64,000 nt of DNA from Octopus sinensis (lineage: Eukaryota), in NCBI RefSeq assembly GCF_006345805.1, contig NC_043003.1:78740001-78804000 (forward strand). The letters run 5' to 3'. The notes under the pieces were generated by a model. That model made no database searches. It was not told where the DNA came from and saw only the letters and a program-made list of their open reading frames with translations. The position numbers and the translations under genes were made by a program. The number at the start of each line of letters is the position of its first letter. The stretch's first letter is position 1. This document shows positions 1 through 11,051 of this stretch, one piece after another.

Positions 1-448
1 TATATATATATATATTATATATATATATAATATATATATAATAATTATGGCGAGCGTGTGCGTGTGTATGTGTTGTGTGTGTGTGTGTGTAAATATATAT
101 ATCTTTTTTATCTTTTACTGGGGTCTTAAAGAATTTTTAGTCAAATGTATTGAAATATCAGCAACACCAAATGGAAATTCTATTTGATATCGCTGATATT
201 TCAATACAAGTATCAACAATAGCATATGACCCGCCTTGACCAATATCAGGACTATCTCCATTAGCCACTTTGAACTTCCTTCATAACTCCTTTCAGTCAA
301 CTAAAACTGGAGAACTAGGTTCGTGTGTCAAACCCACGACATTTTGTTGTATGAAGTTGAATCAAACTGTTAAGTAATCATAATAATAATAATAATAATA
401 ATAATAATATAATGATGATGATGATGATGATAATAATAATAATTATTA

Positions 449-563
449 TTTCTTTACTACCCACAAGGGGCTAAACACAGAGGGGACAAACAAGGACAGA
501 TATCGACCCCAGTGCGTAACTGGTACTTAATTTATCGACCCCGAAAGGATGAAAGGCAAAGTC
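449..563 (-). mobile_element. SINE family S1 (tRNA-derived), 3' fragment
   Basis: Matches the 3' half of full copies at 47087-47320 and 48487-48720 (CCCACAAGGGGCTAAACACAGAGGGGACAAACAAGG...GAAAGGATGAAAGGCAAAGTC). Confidence 0.85.
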
Positions 564-1627
564 GGGATAATACTTTCTTTTAGTGGCCATAAAGGCAGAA
601 CACAAAACAAATAGGGACGATACAATACAAGGGACAAGTGGGGTGTTGAACAATGCCGTGTATACAATAAGTAAGAAAAGCAATTAACATAATTAAACAA
701 TAAAAATTCCCGTGTGTGTGCATGCGTGTGTGTACGCGCGCATGTGTATGTTGCAAGGAGCTATCAAATTCCGTGCTCGTTGATACCTTCGTCTATCCGA
801 AACAGCTGTAAAAATAAAATTTGATAAGTTGCATGTTATTTGATACTTGCACCTTTCCCTATCACTACAATTTTTACGCCTGTTATTATTTGCCTGTCTT
901 CGTATATACACGTGCACACTCTTATATATATAAATAAATAAAGATAGATAGATAGATGTACATGTATATATATATATATATATATAAACGTACACACACA
1001 TACTATATAATATAAATACATACGCACACACACCACACACACACAGACACACAAATATATGTATGTATGTGTGCATACATACATATACATATATCCATTT
1101 GTATCATACTTAACGTATATATAGCGTTGATAAGCCCGTTACTGCGGTGTTTGTCTTGAGGCGACATTTCTGTTGGATGTGCTGTGTTACAGACTCGATA
1201 AATATCAGAGTAGGACGAATATCCGTCCCAGAAGCGGCCAGCTGGTTCTTCACAAAGATACAAAGATAAATCGTTGGAATGTAGTTAGCCAAACAATGTC
1301 ACATTTTGAACTTGAAACAAGTCCTGCTTAATTTTACTGTCCCGCTTACAATGCAGGTATACATGCTTGTATGTATGTATTATGTATGTATGTACGTATC
1401 TATGTGTACATGCATGCATGTATGTATGTATGTATGTATGTATGTATGTGTGTATGTATGTGTGTATGTATGTATGTATGTATGACATTGTTCAGATTTA
1501 TTCAAGGTTTCTTGCCAATGGAGAAAGGACCGGTTTCTAACCTAGATCCAAGTCTCCTTCATTGGAATTTCAACATCAACAACAGGGTATTTTTATTTGT
1601 ATGTATGTATATGCGAAGATTTGTATG

Positions 1628-2263
1628 TTTTGTTTTATGTATGTATTCTCATGCATATAGTTACATATCTAGACATGCTCATGTATATTTAAATGATAAA
1701 CTTCTGGAAAGTTTTACAGATTTTTTTTACAGTTCCAGTGATGGATTATATCTGTAGTCTTCGAATTAGCTTTCACCTTTCTGGTTTTGAGAAGCCTAAT
1801 TTCTCAATATTGGGATTTAGTCAACGTGTTACATATCTCAGTGCCCCAATAATTACAGGTATAAACCTGAACTTGTAGTCTGGATAGAGTAACTGCAGAT
1901 TTCTCAGTAGTATGTATATGTGCATATTTTGTTTTATGTATGCATTCTCATGCATATAGTTACATATCTAGACTTGCTCATATATATTTAAATGATAAAC
2001 TTCTGTAAAGTTTTACTGATTTTTACAGTTCCAGTGTAGTCTTCGAATCAGCTTTCTCCTTTCTGGTTTTGAGAAGCCTAATTTCGCAAGATTGGGATTT
2101 AGGCAGTATGTTACATATCCCAATGCCCCAATAATTACAGGTACAAACCTGAACTTGTAATCCGGATAAAGTAACTGCAGATTTTTCAATAGTTCATCAT
2201 CGGTATTCTCTTTTACACTGATCATCAGTTTTATGTTAACATCCGCTGGGCAGCTTATTTCCA
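1628..2263 (-). mobile_element. Two tandem 3' ends of a REL-endonuclease non-LTR retrotransposon (R4/Dong/NeSL-like)
   Basis: The minus strand encodes EISCPADVNIKL...ENT..ELLKNLQLLYPDYKFRFVPVIIGALGYVT...LIRRL, resembling the C-terminal restriction-like endonuclease domain. Two related units, 1628-1910 and 1927-2263. Confidence 0.7.
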
Positions 2264-2367
2264 TGTATGTATGTATGTATGTATGTATGTATGTATGTAT
2301 GAATGTATGTATGTCCGGGGAAAGTTCATAAGTCAAGAAAGAAAAAGAAAAATCATACTCAATGTCA

Positions 2368-2772
2368 TCTTTATATATAAAAGTGAAGTTGTGTGTCTGT
2401 CTCCTACGATTTAGATAACTAACTACTCCCACATTTTGCGGTGCAGTTTAACCAAAACCGGGTATCTTATAGTCGTGATTCATATCGAGCTCTTCTATTA
2501 TATAGTATGTGCGTGCACGCGTCTACGATGAGTCTACGATTTAAAAAAAATTTACCATCAATTTTTCCCATTTTTAATGCATTTTTGGCATATATAAGGG
2601 AAGTAACTCTCTAAAAATTTATTATTAAATCTCAGAACGTAAAAAGCTACAGTAACCCCCTCCCCCCTTTGTGGTTAGCCATATTGAGATGGCTATTATA
2701 CTTTACATCTCTAAAAATGCTTATATAGTTATTTCCCTTACAAACCCGAGCAACGCCGGGCGATACTGCTAG
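2368..2772 (+). mobile_element. Non-autonomous Helitron-like element (internal type A)
   Basis: Begins TC after an A and ends CTAG before a T. A CGCC-G-GGCG hairpin lies just upstream of the end. The 3' terminus CAAACCCGAGCAACGCCGGGCGATACTGCTAG is shared with four other copies. Confidence 0.8.
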
Positions 2773-3046
2773 TAAATTATAAAAAAAGAAAACATATTCC
2801 GTCAAGGAAATTTACCGGATGATTAAATATGAAAACAAAATCCCTCGCTATACTTTTTCGGTCAAGTACGTCTGGTGATTGCTTAATCATGCTTTCTGCT
2901 TAGAAAACCATGATTTCGTTTGTTACCCGGTAACTTTGCGTCACCTTCTTAATTTACAACATTGTACTATAATTACACACGCACACACACTCGCGTACAC
3001 ACACACGCACTCACACAAAAACACACTCACACGCATATATATAAAT

Positions 3047-3098
<52 letters not shown>

Positions 3099-3429
3099 GT
3101 ATATATATATATATATATACAATTACCATATATATACATGCTCACACACACACGCACACACACATGCTTATAAACACATGTGTATATGTAAGTATACGTG
3201 TGTGTGTGTGTGTGTATGCATGTGTGTTTGCTTGTATTTGCGTGTGTGCATGTATGTGTATCATGTTCCACACAAATAGAGGGATTTAGAATGCTTCTAA
3301 ATTCTATTTTTGTTCTTCATTTTTCTTTTTCATTTCCCCAACCAACTTCACAATTACAACGATAAAATGTAGCTGTCATTATGCGCGCGCGTGGTGTATG
3401 TTTGTGCGTGTGTGCCTGTAGGTAGAAAT

Positions 3430-3430
<1 letters not shown>

Positions 3431-3517
<87 letters not shown>

Positions 3518-3598
3518 GCAGATAGATAGACAGACAGACATATAGATAGATAGAGATAGATAGATAGATAGATATATAGATAGATAAGATAGATAGAC

Positions 3599-3682
<84 letters not shown>

Positions 3683-3700
3683 TGATTGATTGATAGATAT
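3431..3700. repeat. (GATA)n microsatellite
   Basis: Long TAGA run with GACA and GATT variants. Confidence 0.98.
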
Positions 3701-4139
3701 AAAAATTAATATATATGCGTACAGATACGTATATTTACACACCCACACACACATGTACATGCCGTCTTGACTTAACAGCCCTCACCGTTTGTTTTTACTG
3801 TTTTGTTCTCACTGTCCTGTTCTTGTTACCACTTTCACCCTCCGTAAAAGATCCTAAATTTTATTTAATTTGCTTTGCGGTAAGGACTATTTCAACGAAG
3901 TCGCGTCTTGTCCTTGCCTTCGTAACGCGGAGTAGATGAAACAGGGACAACTGAAGAAAAGGAATATTCTTTATGTTGCATGCCTCGTTTCTCTGTTTGT
4001 TTTTTTCGTTGTTCGAAAAAACGTTCGTTTCTATGTTTTTGTTTTTATGTTTTCGTTTCTCATTGTGTTCAATGTTTTTTTAAAGTCCTGTACTATATAT
4101 ATGTATGTATGTACATATATGTATGTATATATGCATATA

Positions 4140-4250
4140 TTTATATATTATTTATATTATATTATATTATATTATATTATATTATATTATATTGTATTAT
4201 ATTATATCATATTATATTATATTATATTATATATATATATATATATATCT

Positions 4251-4315
<65 letters not shown>
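4140..4315. repeat. (TATTA)n/(TA)n compound microsatellite
   Basis: Direct reading. Confidence 0.95.
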
Positions 4316-4318
<3 letters not shown>

Positions 4319-4320
<2 letters not shown>

Positions 4321-4531
4321 GTGGTGCAAAAGTTAGCATACAGTTATGAAAAAAGAAAACACGTACAATACTCATTTATTTTTTATCAAAAGCATTAAAA
4401 GTTACGATAAAAGTATTATCACGATCAATGACTCTGAAAATATCAAAAATGAGGTTAACTCATTTAATGTGCTAATAATTTTAAAGAATTATAACGGATG
4501 TGATAGTGTATACCTACTTTTGCACCTCCTG
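4319..4531. mobile_element. Tc1-like MITE
   Basis: Imperfect TIRs: CAGTGGTGCAAAAGTTAGCATAC (4319-4341) and the reverse complement of 4508-4531, CAGGAGGTGCAAAAGTAGGTATAC. AT-rich non-coding interior. Confidence 0.55.
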
Positions 4532-4569
4532 CACACACACACACACACCACACACACACACCACAAATA

Positions 4570-4727
4570 GACGACGGCCTTTTTCAGTTTCCGTTTACCA
4601 AATCCTCACAAGATTTTGGCCGGCCCGAGGAGGCTATAGTAGAAGATACGTGCCCAAGGTGTCATGCAGTGGGACTGAACCCGATACCATGTGGTTGGGA
4701 AACAAACTTCTTACCACACAACCACAC
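4570..4727 (-). mobile_element. SINE family S2, head half
   Basis: Matches the 5' half of the copy at 4840-5309. Confidence 0.8.
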
Positions 4728-4839
4728 CGCTACCCATAATTATTAAAAATAGAAGAGAATACACACGCACACGCATACATACATAAAAATACATAATACA
4801 TAAATACATACATGCACACATCCTTACGAGGGTGGAATA

Positions 4840-5057
4840 ACTCTCTTTTACTCTTTACTCTTTTACTTGTTTCAGTCATTTGACTGCGGCCATGCTGGAG
4901 CACCGCCTTTAGTCGAGCAACTCGACCCCGGGACTTATTCTTTTGTAAGCCCAGTACTTATTCTATCGGTCTCTTTTTGCCGAACCGCTAAGTGACGGGG
5001 ACGTAAACACACCAGCATCGGTTGTCAAGCAATGCTAGGGGAACAAACACAGACACA

Positions 5058-5153
<96 letters not shown>

Positions 5154-5309
5154 GACAAGCTTCTTTCAGTTTCCGTCTACCAAATCCACTCACAAGGCAT
5201 TGGTCGGCCCGGGGCTATAGCAGAAGACACTTGCCCAAGATGTCACGCAGTTGGACTGAACCCGGAACCATGTGGTTGGTTAGCAAGCTACTTACCACAC
5301 AGCCACTCC
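4840..5309 (-). mobile_element. SINE family S2, full length with internal (TA)n(TG)n microsatellite
   Basis: tRNA-like head GGAGTGGCTGTGTGGTAAG...GGTTCAGTCC, CORE-like segment CTTGGGCAAGTGTCTT, internal microsatellite, tail GACTGAAACAAGTAAAAGAG. About 18 related copies in the window. Confidence 0.9.
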
Positions 5310-5829
5310 TGTTAAATTCTTGTGATAATAAATACCTCGCTTTTTTATTGTAAAGCGAGATGATAAGTTTTACAAGGATGAAACAGAACTGATCGATATT
5401 AAAGGTGACAAGTAACTAGGGTGTAGGTGTATATGTGAGTGTAATCAGGGTATTGAGTTGGACACTAATGTGCCGTTTCCGCAATTTCGTATGCCTGTGT
5501 ATTTGATAATGGTATGCTAAAAGAGAAAAGAATATAAGTGTTGAATAAGCTATTTGGGTAGCTGTATGTCACTTTAACTATTTAGCATGCATTTAATGAG
5601 GCACTTCTTCGTGTGTGTAGTAGTGACAAATTTGACATGTAGAAGCAATAAACATCTCAATTAGAAGATATACAAATTAAATTTGATGTTTATAACTGAG
5701 GTGTCAAAGGAAAAGGGGGAAATCTTGCGTGGGTGTTAGTTGTCTTGGAAAACAACTGTCTATTTTGCAATTCAGTTGTGTGGTAGTGTGTCTGTCCAAT
5801 TATTCAGCAATTATTTCTCGGAGTGTTTA

Positions 5830-6170
5830 CATCCAGTAAATACTCCAGATCTGACAGTTAAATAATTGATTTGTTGAACTCCATAAGTTGTATTTAGTTC
5901 ACATATTTTTGTGCTTCCATCTTATGTCGAATGCAACGTCATCAAATAATGTGTAGAGATCATTTGACAGTTTGGTTGTGTTCTTCTTATACATTTTCTT
6001 AAAGGAACGATTTTGGTTGAAATATCTTTGAATGTACCTTTTACCATACCAATCTGCTTTCGCTCGATATTTAGATTAGGGTTTAGTGGAGGTAACCTTT
6101 GCATGATAATTAATTTGTTCATTGTTACATGACTGATTAAGACAGCGTACAATTATATTCTTTCATATGT
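5830..6170 (-). pseudogene. Penelope-like element GIY-YIG endonuclease remnant
   Basis: Frameshifted minus-strand translation NEQINYHAKVT / KQIGMVKGTFK / YFNQNRSFKKMYKKNTTKLSNDLYTLFDDVAFDIRW resembles the PLE endonuclease pattern IY.A.V...YIG....FK.RY..H..SF......T.LS..IW.L......I.W. Confidence 0.6.
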
Positions 6171-6246
6171 AGATTACTTCAGCTGCACTAGGTAGTTAAT
6201 ATGCGATTAAGATTTTTTATACATTGGTGGTACAACTGTAGTTAAA

Positions 6247-6637
6247 TCTCTCTCTATATAAAGCTGAAGTTGTCTGTGTATGGCAGGTTTGGTAGCCTTC
6301 AACTAACACTATATCCTCCGAGACCCTGCTGCGCAAGTTGACCAAAATTGAGATTATGATAGAAGAAGGCTTGCTCTTCCTTCCGTAGAAGAAAAAATTC
6401 AAATCGGACCATGTTAACACCAAAAATTATTTACATCAAAAAGGTGCTTTTTTTCTATGAAAATCCCTATTTTTTGCAATTTTTTTACTGCTGTGTCGCC
6501 ATTTTTCGGTATATTTCAACCAGAAAAATGTTCACTTAAAGAGAATAACAAGCTACATAATGCAACATTTTTAATTTTAAAAATTCCAATTCTAAAGGGT
6601 TGAAACAAACCCGAGCAACGCCGGGCGATACTGCTAC
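6247..6637 (+). mobile_element. Non-autonomous Helitron-like element (internal type B)
   Basis: A|TC start and the shared 3' hairpin terminus (CTAG mutated to CTAC). Interior similar to 47620-48011. Confidence 0.8.
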
Positions 6638-7172
6638 TTTTAAGCTATTTCTGTTAAGTAATTCCCTACAGTGGTGATTAACTAAGAACTGCTCATTTAT
6701 TAAGGTAACACGTTGCTCTGTGGGATTTAACATTTGAAGAGAAGTGAGGTATGTACCAGATTTTTCGGCAACTGGATTTATTTCAGAATATTTCCTTGGA
6801 TGCACCAAAGATTTCGTTGAAACTCAAACATTCAAAATAAATTTGAGTACATGAAAGTCAGAATTGAAAAAGATAGAAAACAGAAACAAGCTCTCTAAGG
6901 AAGATGGTGTCAAATATTCGATGAAAGAAAGATTAAACAAAACTAGGTTAAATGAAAAGCAAGCATAACAACGTTTTATCCAGTCGCCACAATTACGTAT
7001 GAATAGTTATGCATATACAAGAGCACACATATATAATAATTAAACAAGAGATAGATAAGTAGAATAAGAAATGATAAGTTGAATAGATAAACAGATAAAT
7101 ATGGCGACCGTCTATTCTGTTGACTCGCCGATAATTCCCACGCAGACACCCACTTAAAGATGTTTATGCATC

Positions 7173-7460
7173 AGGAGTGGCTGTGTGGTAAGTAGGTTGC
7201 TTACCAACCACATGGTCCTAGGTTCAGTCCCACAGCATGGAACCTTTGGGTAAGTGTCTTCTATTATAGCTTTGTGAGTGGATTAGGTAGACGGAAACTG
7301 AAAGAAGCCGTCGTATATATATATTTTTATATATATATGTGTATGTGTGTGTTTGTGTATCTGTGTTTGTCCCCCCAACATCGTTTGACAACTGATGTTG
7401 GTGTGTTTATGTCCCCGTAACTTAGTGGTTCGCCAAAAGAGAACGATAGAATAAGTATGT
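7173..7460 (+). mobile_element. SINE family S2, 3'-truncated
   Basis: Head, CORE-like segment, internal microsatellite and part of the second half. Confidence 0.85.
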
Positions 7461-8557
7461 AGACGTTATGAACGCAGGAGGTTTTATGTCTGTGTATAGT
7501 GAGAATATGGTTGTGTGTATTTTTAATCTTTTATATATTTTTCCTACCTGTTAGAGTAACTTCTCTTTTATTCAACTTTTTTATAGTGTCTATCGTTATA
7601 ATAGCCGATGAGAATGCATCGTAGCTCTTAGATCCAGCATTTGAAACTCTGAGTTCGACAACTTACTGATTGTCCTAAACTATACATGTATATATATATA
7701 TATTATATACATACATACATACATACAACATACATACATACATAATACATACATACATACATACATACATGCATACATACATACAAATATATCTGCCTGT
7801 ATATTTATAGAGACGCAAAAACGTGTGTATATGCATGTATGTGTTGTAGATATTAATATACATATATAGACACGTGCAAACATACATGCGAAATAGTGCT
7901 ACACTTACGTGCTACACACGGCCATGCAAATGTCTGTATAGATACAAGCATACATACAGATTCTTACGGATAGTTATTTACATACACATGCATTCATAAA
8001 CGTCTCTATTCGCACAGGACTAGATGATGTGTGTTCGCAGACAACACAGAGGCACACACAAGCACAGACATGCATATATACATATATATTGCTATGAAGG
8101 TTCAATCTAAGGACAGTTGGCCGGCGACCTACTTTGGAATATATCCATTGTTCTGCCAGTTGCGGGTTGATTAATTAGCTCTGGGTAGACCTGCGACCCC
8201 TTTCGGGTGAGCTAGAGTTCGTTCTAAACACCCCTTAAAGAAGGAAGAATCTAGTGACAGTGAAGAAGAGGAAGAAGAAAGTAGTGAGAAAGACAGAGTA
8301 AGGGATCTGAGAGCTGTCATGAGAGAGTGACAGCAGCAGCGTTGATGAAGATAGGCAGGTTAAGGAATCTGAGAGCAGATAGAGAGAATATTAGCAGTGC
8401 TAAGACAGATTGAGGGGAGTGATGGAGCAAGAGGTTTTTGGGCAATCGGTATTTAGTCGTCAAAGCGAGCGGTTGGACTTAGGGGCGAGGATTTGGGATT
8501 CGGGGCAAAAGTTTGGCAAGTTGGAGCTAGCAGTACTGAGAGAGATGAGGTGCAATA

Positions 8558-8576
8558 TGGTGTCAGAAGTGGGATT
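8558..8576 (+). promoter_or_regulatory. Primer binding site complementary to the tRNA-Leu 3' end
   Basis: TGGTGTCAGAAGTGGGATT lies 3 nt after the 5' LTR and is the reverse complement of the eukaryotic tRNA-Leu 3' end ...AAUCCCACUUCUGACACCA. Confidence 0.85.
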
Positions 8577-8616
8577 GTCCTGATTGCTGCGCTCGATCGG
8601 CTTTTTTTTTTTCGCT

Positions 8617-9603
8617 ATGGATTCGTCTGGTTGTCAGGACGAGGAGATTTCGCTTGCCTTGATTGTAAAGATGTTGAGGGGCCAGATGGCGCAGACAGAC
8701 ACATTCTTGGAAAGGATGGACGAGAGGCGACAGAGCCTGTGGGCAGATCGGCAGGAGCTTGTGGTCGCGGATGGGTCAGCTTTGGAGGATCGGTGTTGGA
8801 CCGGGGATAGCGACGGTCCTGTGGGCGGAGATTTCCCGTCAAATGAAGCATCGAGTGAAATAGATAATGAAGGAAGTGTTGCGGAACCTGGGTTGGTTGC
8901 CGAAATTTGTGACGCTGGACCCGAGAAATCTTGTGATTTGGAACCCGTAGAGGTTGAGGAAACCGAAAGGCCTGTTGAAGGTGTTATGGCTGATGCTGTT
9001 GTTCCGTGTCTGGAGCCCTTGGCATCTCGACCCCTGTCACTCGGAGCTCAGGACGAAGAGCTGGCGAAGTCTGGAGCGGATATCGCTAAATCCGAGGTTC
9101 CGGCTCTGTGTGTGATGGTCGCGGCGGGTGTTGTGCCGTGTGCGAGTCCTTTGGTGTCTGGGCCCCTGTCTCTCGGAGCTCAGAAGGACTGTATGGTTCC
9201 CACTGTGGAGAGGCCACAGGCGTGGATGGACTGGCGGCCGAGCGTGCGTGTTGTGAAGCCTTCGGAGCAGAAGCTGGAGAGGAAAAGGACCAAGCCTGGG
9301 GACGAGGCGAGACGGCTGCGAACGGTGGTGGGTCTACCAAGACCAGGAAGACTGCTTCAGTGTTGGGTGAGCTATGTGGTTGATGGCTGCTTGGGGCCGG
9401 TGGAGCCCGACAGGCAGTGCATAGTAAAAGCTCAATTGAGGGTCGGGTGGACCCTAGTAGAAGCAGAAGCTGGCAGAGCGCTGGCTGGGTCGGCCGATCT
9501 TTTGGAAGTGGCACAGGTGATTTGTAGAGGGCAAATCGAGGAATCGTGCCAGATGGCGAACCAGTGGTGGGGGCCAGTTCTGCCGATACGGCAACGCAGT
9601 TAA
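8617..9603 (+). CDS. Gag-like ORF1 of the LTR element (uninterrupted, about 328 aa)
   Basis: First ATG 41 nt after the PBS. N-terminus looks coiled-coil (MLRGQMAQTDTFLERMDERRQSLWADRQEL), followed by an acidic/Pro-rich linker with PLSLGAQ twice. The Gag call rests on position; no CCHC knuckle was seen. Confidence 0.5.
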   Translation: MDSSGCQDEEISLALIVKMLRGQMAQTDTFLERMDERRQSLWADRQELVVADGSALEDRCWTGDSDGPVGGDFPSNEASSEIDNEGSVAEPGLVAEICDAGPEKSCDLEPVEVEETERPVEGVMADAVVPCLEPLASRPLSLGAQDEELAKSGADIAKSEVPALCVMVAAGVVPCASPLVSGPLSLGAQKDCMVPTVERPQAWMDWRPSVRVVKPSEQKLERKRTKPGDEARRLRTVVGLPRPGRLLQCWVSYVVDGCLGPVEPDRQCIVKAQLRVGWTLVEAEAGRALAGSADLLEVAQVICRGQIEESCQMANQWWGPVLPIRQRS

Positions 9604-9622
9604 AGGAGATGGTGGTCCACCG

Positions 9623-10204
9623 ATGCAGTTGCGGAAGAAGCAACCGTTGGTGAAAAGCGCAGGACGTTGGTCGCGAGGGTTGTCGGATGTTGGTCGCACG
9701 AACATGGCGGAGTGCTTCATCAACCAAGGCGGTCGTCGCTTGAGGAGGCAGCGAGGCCGGGGAATGGTCCCAGTACAGCAGCGAAAGAGGAGATATCGGC
9801 GACAGGGAACAGTGGAAAAGAGGAATGGTCCCTGGTCGTCGGCGATAGTTGCGCGGAATGGAGATGGCACAGCAAGATGCTACGTGGGGTATAGAGCCCT
9901 GAGGAAGGTGGCCACTGTGAAGGATTGGCCGGACCCTGCCTGTGTGAGGGATTTGAGGAACTTCCTCGGACGGTGCGCCTATTGTAGGCGGCTCGTAGGA
10001 AGTTTGGCGGCCTTGGCAGAGGTGCCACCCAAGCCGCAGAGGGAAGGTGCCAACCTGTGGCCGGTGGTGAAGTGGTGGCCGTGGAAGGTGAGACCCCCGG
10101 AGGAGAAACCACCCAAGGGGACCTCCAGTTCCTGGGACATCTGCTGGATCTCGCCCTCGGAGGTGCGGGCTTGTTGTGCTTTTTGTCGGGTCGACAAAGC
10201 TTAG
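9623..10204 (+). pseudogene. Deleted pol remnant (RT N-terminus fused to the RT thumb/connection)
   Basis: PWSSAIVARNGDGTARCYVGYRALRKV resembles PWASPVV...DG..RFCVDYR.LN. It is joined in frame to VKDWPDPACVRDLRNFLGRCAYCRRLV, resembling W..P.....LR.FLG...YYRRF. No YxDD, RNase H or integrase. Confidence 0.8.
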
Positions 10205-11051
10205 GTAGAGGGTAGTGCTATGAAAATTTAATCTAAGGACAGTTGGCCGGCGACCTACTTTGGAATATATCCATTGTTCTGCCAGTTGCGGGTTGATGAA
10301 TTAGCTCTGGGTAGACCTGCGACCCCTTTCGGGTGAGCTAGAGTTCGTTCTAAACACCCCTTAAAGAAGGAAGAATCTAGTGACAGTGAAGAAGAGGAAG
10401 AAGAAAGTAGTGAGAAAGACAGAGTAAGGGATCTGAGAGCTGTCATGAGAGAGTGACAGCAGCAGCGTCGATGAAGATAGGCAGATTAAGGAATCTGAGA
10501 GCAGATAGAGAGAATATTAGCAGTGCTAAGACAGATTGAGGGGAGTGATGGAGCAAGAGGTTTTTGGGCAGTCGGTATTTAGTCGTCAAAGCGAGCGGTT
10601 GGACTTAGGGGCGAGGATTTGGGATTCGGGGCAAGAGTTTGGCAAGTTGGAGCTAGCAGTACTGAGAGAGATGAGGTGCAATATGGGACACTGGCTATTC
10701 TAGTAGGAACTAAAGGTACGTGAATTGTGTATTGATATGTGAAGAAAAAGAAGGAAACAGAATCGATGTATCGAAATGTTGAAAAGAAATGAGACAGTGA
10801 AAAGAACAATGTGAATTGAGTAAAGGACTTGTTGATGTGTTGATTATCGAGTTGTGGTATTTATGTTCATAATTGTTGTGGAAAAGAAAGACTCTGATGT
10901 AGTCTTTAAAGACTTTAAAGAACTGTGAACGTTATTTGTCTTAATTGGATTTGAACATTGATTTGTAACGTGAATTATTTGACATGAACATTGTATACCT
11001 GTTTCTTGCATGTGTTTTCTTTAATTGCTGTTGTTATTGAACTTGATGTGT

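Larger units (their letters stand above)
8090..10680 (+). mobile_element. Internally deleted Ty3/Gypsy LTR retrotransposon (2591 bp)
   Basis: Two 465-bp TG...CA LTRs (8090-8554 and 10216-10680) with about 8 substitutions counted by eye. ATAT TSD at 8086-8089 and 10681-10684. PBS at 8558-8576, purine tract at 10203-10215. Gag-like and RT-remnant ORFs inside. Confidence 0.93.

Noticed and set aside
9086-10197. Antisense and alternate-frame ORFs inside the LTR element
   Set aside because: Expected by-products of GC-rich sequence overlapping the sense ORFs; no motifs recognised.
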